Origin: a candidate division FCPU426 bacterium
GTDB taxonomy: Bacteria > Oederibacteriota > PGYV01 > Palsa-1178
NCBI GenBank assembly: GCA_963840035.1
Contig: CAWIXE010000002.1
Coordinates: forward strand, 1,088,001-1,152,000
DNA length: 64,000 nucleotides
Direction of reading: 5' to 3'
In this document: piece after piece, positions 59,547 to 64,000 of the stretch
Layout of the letters: each line of letters starts with the position of its first letter
Position numbering within the stretch: position 1 is the stretch's first letter
Notes under the pieces: model-generated
Seen by the model: the letters and a program-made list of their open reading frames with translations, nothing else
Databases searched by the model: none
What the model was told of the DNA's origin: nothing
Translations under genes and position numbers: made by a program

Positions 59547-59623
59547 GTTCGGAGTTCGGAGGGTAAGGTTCGGAGTTCGATCGAAATCAAAAAGATCGAA
59601 CTCCGAACCCCGAACTCCACCCT
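59547..59623. repeat. GTTCGGA/CCGAACT heptamer inverted repeat
   Basis: gttcggagttcgga...gttcggagttcgatc / gatcgaactccgaaccccgaactcc. Confidence 0.75.
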
Positions 59624-59629
59624 GATTTT

Positions 59630-60424
59630 TCACAACTCCACTTTTTTCGCGTTCACCATGTCTTTTTTCAAAAACATCCTGCCGACCTTATTGAACTGCC
59701 CGGGCGTGTCCGTCACGAAAAAAGCCGTCTTTTTCCTGTTATTCTTCTTTGCCGTTATATCCCTGGCTTCCAGGAGCGCCCTTACTGTCTTTGCCATTTC
59801 ACGGGCTGAATCAATTATTGTGACTTTCGGCATTATCTTCCTTATAAGGGGTTTTAGCAGCGGATAATGCGTGCAGCCTAAGACCAGCGTGTCTATTTTT
59901 TTTGAGGCAAAACCCTTCAGATAGCTCCGCAATATACCTTCTGTCTCCCTGCCGGAGAGCATGCCTTCTTCGACTAATGGCACCAACAGCGGCGCCGCTA
60001 CAGCGGTCACTTTAGCCTTCGGGTCATACCCTTTTATGGCGTCTATATAAGCTCCGCTGTTTACGGTGGCGCGCGTCCCGATAACGCCGATGCGGCCCGA
60101 CTTTGTGGCTTCCACAGCGGCCCTTGCCCCCGCCTCAATAACGCCGATAATATCTATATCAAAACCGTGTTTAAGCTCTTTTAAAGCCAGGGCAGACGCC
60201 GTATTGCAGGCAACAACAATAATTTTCACATTCTTTTTCATTAAGAACGCGGTTATCTCTTTCGAGAACTGTATTATGGTCTCTTTTGTCTTTGTCCCGT
60301 AAGGCGTCCTGGCTGTATCGCCGAGATATAATATCTGCTCTTTGGGAAGGAGGTCCATTATTTCCTTCACAACCGTAAGCCCGCCGAGACCGGAATCAAA
60401 AACGCCGATGCCTTTGTTGTCCAC
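59630..60424 (-). CDS. murI: Glutamate racemase
   Basis: FDSGLGGLTV, ACNTAS, LGCTHYP. Confidence 0.96.
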   Translation of the reverse strand: MDNKGIGVFDSGLGGLTVVKEIMDLLPKEQILYLGDTARTPYGTKTKETIIQFSKEITAFLMKKNVKIIVVACNTASALALKELKHGFDIDIIGVIEAGARAAVEATKSGRIGVIGTRATVNSGAYIDAIKGYDPKAKVTAVAAPLLVPLVEEGMLSGRETEGILRSYLKGFASKKIDTLVLGCTHYPLLKPLIRKIMPKVTIIDSAREMAKTVRALLEARDITAKKNNRKKTAFFVTDTPGQFNKVGRMFLKKDMVNAKKVEL

Positions 60425-60441
60425 AAGCGCTCCTTCAAGTA

Positions 60442-60522
60442 GATTAGAGACAGTTTGAAGTTTTTAGTTTTAAGACGGTTTTGTAGTAATCTTAAAACTT
60501 CAAACTTAAAACTGCCCCTATC
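60442..60522. repeat. AGTTTT-periodic inverted repeat, family C, copy 2
   Basis: Homologous to 59083..59159. Confidence 0.75.
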
Positions 60523-60527
60523 AGTTT

Positions 60528-61649
60528 CTATATTTCTATCAGCTCATACTCCATGCTCCCCAGCCCTATCTTCTGCGCGTGTTCAAGCTGGGTCTTCCAG
60601 TTAAGTTCGGGGTGGACCATTTTAAACTTGTCCTTGTCAGCGTGCTTTAAGTCATACGAATCCCTTTTGTCCACGTTTTCTTTTATGACTTTCGCGGCAT
60701 TAACAAGCTCGGCTGACGCCGTGTCAATTGCCACAGGGTCAAAAGAGGCCAGGATACCGATGTCAGGCACAAGGTAATTATCGGACGACGGCATGCAGTC
60801 GCATTCCGGGGTTATATTCAGGACAAAGTTAATAAAAAACGCCTTACCCTTTTTATTTGACATGACTGCCGTCGCGTACTCAGCCACTTTTTCATTCATC
60901 TTCTGGAGGTCTGTATCCCATTTGCTTTCAATGGCGTCAAACCTGCATGCCGGCACGCACTCGCCGCAGCCCGCGCATTTGACAGGGTCATTTATGACCT
61001 TTCCGTCCACGATCTTTAAAGCGTCAAAATTGCACCATTCCACGCATTCGCCGCATCCGGTGCAAAGCGCGCTCTTATACTGCGGGACGTTTCCCGAGTG
61101 CTGGTCCTGTTTTGCCGACCTCGGGGTGCATCCCATGCCCAGGTTCTTTATCGCGCCGCCCATGGCTGTCATCATGTGGCCCTTGATGTGCGACATTACA
61201 ACCATCGTATTAGCCCAGTATATTGCTGAGGCAACCCTCGCTTTTTTAAGGTGAATTCCCTTGATATCAACTTCCACGCCGTCCATCCCGGTTAAGCCGT
61301 CAGCGATGACCAAAGGCGCCCCTGCAGAGGCAAATGAAAACCCGTGTTTTAATGCGGTGTTAAGGTGTTTAACGGCGTTATTCCTCTCGCCGACGTAAAG
61401 AGTGTTTGTGTCCGTTAAAAAAGGATTTCCGCCGCATGCTTTTATCCTGTCTACTATGACCCGGTAATATAATGGCGACACGAAAGAAACGTTGCCTTCC
61501 TCGCCGAAATGGGCTTTTACCGCAACCATTTCATTTTCTTTTATGATGCTTCCGGCCCCGGCTCTGTCAAACATTTTGGATAATCTGGTTAGTATGGAAT
61601 CATTGGCATGAGGCGCGCCAAATCTTGTGAAATAGACTTCGCTTTTCAT
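60528..61649 (-). CDS. DUF362 domain 4Fe-4S protein
   Basis: KAHFGE.GN, TDTNTLY, KGH, KNLGMGC, two ferredoxin motifs, CDC. Confidence 0.9.
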   Translation of the reverse strand: MKSEVYFTRFGAPHANDSILTRLSKMFDRAGAGSIIKENEMVAVKAHFGEEGNVSFVSPLYYRVIVDRIKACGGNPFLTDTNTLYVGERNNAVKHLNTALKHGFSFASAGAPLVIADGLTGMDGVEVDIKGIHLKKARVASAIYWANTMVVMSHIKGHMMTAMGGAIKNLGMGCTPRSAKQDQHSGNVPQYKSALCTGCGECVEWCNFDALKIVDGKVINDPVKCAGCGECVPACRFDAIESKWDTDLQKMNEKVAEYATAVMSNKKGKAFFINFVLNITPECDCMPSSDNYLVPDIGILASFDPVAIDTASAELVNAAKVIKENVDKRDSYDLKHADKDKFKMVHPELNWKTQLEHAQKIGLGSMEYELIEI

Positions 61650-61670
61650 ATATTACTCCTTGGGGGGTGT

Positions 61671-61694
61671 GGGCGATTCATGAATCGCCCCTAC
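61671..61694. repeat. Single REP
   Basis: gggcgattcatgaatcgcccctac; degenerate relative at 54801. Confidence 0.7.
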
Positions 61695-61724
61695 AACTAC
61701 AGCATGCTATTATCGGTAAAAAAA

Positions 61725-63293
61725 CTATTTACCTTTAAGCAGTTTATATTCTACCGAATCAACCAGCGCAAGCCAGCTTGCTTCTATAATGTTTTCAGAA
61801 ACACCAACGGTCGTCCAGACATCCTTTTTATCCGAACTCTCAATTAACACCCTTACTTTCGCGCTCGTTCCTTCCTCGCCTTCTATGACGCGCACCTTAT
61901 AGTCAACCAGGTGCATGTCTTTTATGGCGGGATAAAATTTAATAAGAGCTTTGCGGAGCGCGTTATCAAGCGCGTTTACAGGTCCGTCGCCTTCTGCGGC
62001 GGTGTGTTCCAGCTTATCCTTAACTTTTATCTTTATCGTGGCCTCGGAAAAAAGCGTTCCCGCTTTGTCCTCAACAATAACCCTTAAGCCTTTAAGCTCA
62101 AAAAAGGGCTTATATTTTGAGAGGTTTTTCTTAAGGAAGAGGTTTAAAGACGCGTCAGCGCCTTCAAACTCATAGCCGTCTTCCTCCATCTTTTTTATCT
62201 TGGAAAGGAACTCTTTTGTCCGCGGGTCATCCTTTTCAAGCTTGATGCCCCACTGTTTGGACTTAAATAACAGGCTTGATATGCCCGCCTGGTTGGTAAC
62301 CGGAATCTGCCTTACATTGCCGACAAGCTCCGGCTTCATGTGCTCGTATGCCCGTTCATCTTTCATCATGGCATCAGCGTGTACTCCTGCTTTGTGTGTG
62401 AACGCGCTTTTTCCAACATACGGCTGGCTGTCCATGGGCGATATATTCGCCACTTCATAAAAGTAATGCGCGCTTTCCATGAGCTTGTTTATCTGTTTTA
62501 CGGGTATGGTTTCATAACCCATTTTAAGCGTCAGGGCGGGTATGAGCGAAACCAGGTTCATGTTTCCTGTCCTTTCGCCAAATCCGTTCATGGTACCCTG
62601 GACATGCGTAAATCCGTTTTCAACGGCTATTATGGCGTTGGCTACAGCCAGGTCGGAATCATTATGAGTGTGTATGCCGAGTTTTGTCTTTATCTTTGAA
62701 AAAACGTCCTTTGTTATCGCGTCCATCTCCGATGTAAGCGTCCCGCCGTTTGTGTCGCAAAGGCAGATACAGTCGGCGCCCGCCGCTTCAGCGGCCTTAA
62801 TGCATTTTAAAGCGTATTCAGGGCTGTCCTTGTAGCCGTCAAAAAAGTGCTCCGCGTCAAATACAACTTCTTTCTTGTGGTCTTTTAGATAGGAGACCGA
62901 TTCCTTAATAAGGATTATATTTTCTTCAGGCGAAATCTTCAGCACTTTTTCCGCATGAAGCGTCCATGCCTTTCCGAAAATGGTCACAGTTTCCGTTCCC
63001 GCCTCAAGAAGCGAATTCAGGATAAGGTCGTCTTTTACCGTGGATTTTGCCCTGCGGGTGGAACCAAAGGCGGCAACTTTGGAGTTCTTCAGCTTTAGTT
63101 TTTTTACGCGCTTAAAGAATTCCGAATCAAGTGAGTTCATCCCTTTTACAGGCCATCCGCCTTCTATATATGACATGCCCATTTCATCCAGTTTTTTGGC
63201 AAGCAGGAGCTTATCCTCCAGCGAGAAGGATATTTTCGGGCTCTGCGCCCCGTCCCGGAGCGTTGTGTCGTATATGTCAATTTTTCTTTTCAT
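61725..63293 (-). CDS. cimA: Citramalate synthase
   Basis: DTTLRDGAQ, IEGGWP, DAEHFFDG, HKAGVH, VDYKVR. Confidence 0.9.
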   Translation of the reverse strand: MKRKIDIYDTTLRDGAQSPKISFSLEDKLLLAKKLDEMGMSYIEGGWPVKGMNSLDSEFFKRVKKLKLKNSKVAAFGSTRRAKSTVKDDLILNSLLEAGTETVTIFGKAWTLHAEKVLKISPEENIILIKESVSYLKDHKKEVVFDAEHFFDGYKDSPEYALKCIKAAEAAGADCICLCDTNGGTLTSEMDAITKDVFSKIKTKLGIHTHNDSDLAVANAIIAVENGFTHVQGTMNGFGERTGNMNLVSLIPALTLKMGYETIPVKQINKLMESAHYFYEVANISPMDSQPYVGKSAFTHKAGVHADAMMKDERAYEHMKPELVGNVRQIPVTNQAGISSLLFKSKQWGIKLEKDDPRTKEFLSKIKKMEEDGYEFEGADASLNLFLKKNLSKYKPFFELKGLRVIVEDKAGTLFSEATIKIKVKDKLEHTAAEGDGPVNALDNALRKALIKFYPAIKDMHLVDYKVRVIEGEEGTSAKVRVLIESSDKKDVWTTVGVSENIIEASWLALVDSVEYKLLKGK

Positions 63294-63299
63294 TTATGC

Positions 63300-63470
63300 C
63301 TACTTTAAAGTAAATTTTAAGACCACATACAATATGCCTAAGATCACATAAATTACGGCAAGCACTTTGAGGTGCCATGCCATGGAAAATTCCGCGTCAG
63401 CTTTTTTTGCCTTAACCTCGGGCGCGGGCGCCTGTGGCTGTGTTTCCTGATTTTCTGCTGTATTATCCAT
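63300..63470 (-). CDS. 56-aa single-TM small protein (not in the ORF track)
   Basis: GGAGG RBS; MDNTAENQ...AWHLKVLAVIYVILGILYVVLKFTLK fills the lysC-cimA gap. Confidence 0.75.
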   Translation of the reverse strand: MDNTAENQETQPQAPAPEVKAKKADAEFSMAWHLKVLAVIYVILGILYVVLKFTLK

Positions 63471-63501
63471 GTTACCTCCGTGGGCTTTTTAAGGCCTCAA
63501 A

Positions 63502-64000
63502 CTACTTTTCAGAAACAGCTTTTTTCTTTCCCAGTTTGAAGGCATTGTGAAGCACTTTTACGGCCTCTTCAACCTGGTCTTCCCTGACAACAACAGAAAT
63601 CTTAATTTCAGAAGTGGATATCATTTCAATATTGATCTTCTTGTCAGCCAGGGCTTTGAACATGGCCGACGCTATGCCGGTATGCGTCCTCATGCCGACT
63701 CCGACCGCCGACACTTTGCCGATAGCCTCATCCATGAAATAACCTTTTGCCCCGGTTTTTTTCACGATGGACTCGATTACTTTCTTCGCCTTGGCGGCGT
63801 CTTTCCTGATGACGGTAAACGAAATGTCCGTTGAGCCCTGATCAGAAACGTTCTGGATTATCATGTCGACATTAACATCACCGTCAGCAAGCTGGCTGAA
63901 CACAAGCGCAGCCACTCCGGGTTTATCAGGCACGCCTTTTAACGTTATCTTTGCTTCCTTTTTGTTGTATGTAATTCCGCTTACCACTATCTTTTCCATT
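63502..64000 (-). CDS. lysC: Aspartate kinase, C-terminal ACT domains; 5' end beyond window
   Basis: GVPDKPGVAA, NVDMIIQN, KVSAVGVGM, MISTSEIKIS. Confidence 0.93.
   Translation of the reverse strand, partial: MEKIVVSGITYNKKEAKITLKGVPDKPGVAALVFSQLADGDVNVDMIIQNVSDQGSTDISFTVIRKDAAKAKKVIESIVKKTGAKGYFMDEAIGKVSAVGVGMRTHTGIASAMFKALADKKINIEMISTSEIKISVVVREDQVEEAVKVLHNAFKLGKKKAVSEK

Overview
Chromosomal window of a diderm, probably anaerobic bacterium (LptD, GT9 heptosyltransferase, four-subunit pyruvate:ferredoxin oxidoreductase). The Thr-rich secreted protein with a YPNP-type C-terminal domain suggests Goldbacteria/Firestonebacteria or a related lineage, but this is a weak inference. Almost all genes are on the minus strand. 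Housekeeping blocks (glk, rsmD, corA, dksA, speD, porCDAB, ispE-spoVG-tRNA-Gln, recG, lptD, PBP1A, murI-rph-rdgB, cimA, lysC, tRNA-Leu) flank an accessory stretch of about 12-39 kb. I found no prophage, CRISPR array, rRNA or transposase. The most unusual signal is non-coding: several families of GTAG-capped REP/REPIN hairpins, at least ten 7-9 nt periodic elements at gene junctions, an IS256-type MITE with a 9-bp target duplication, and a 139-bp hairpin array between tRNA-Gln and a four-helix-bundle gene. Other notable points are two compensating frame discontinuities in lptD, a candidate leader peptide upstream of speD, four GT-C type membrane enzymes alongside a Thr-rich candidate substrate, and a secreted Gly/Pro/Met/Asp repeat protein.
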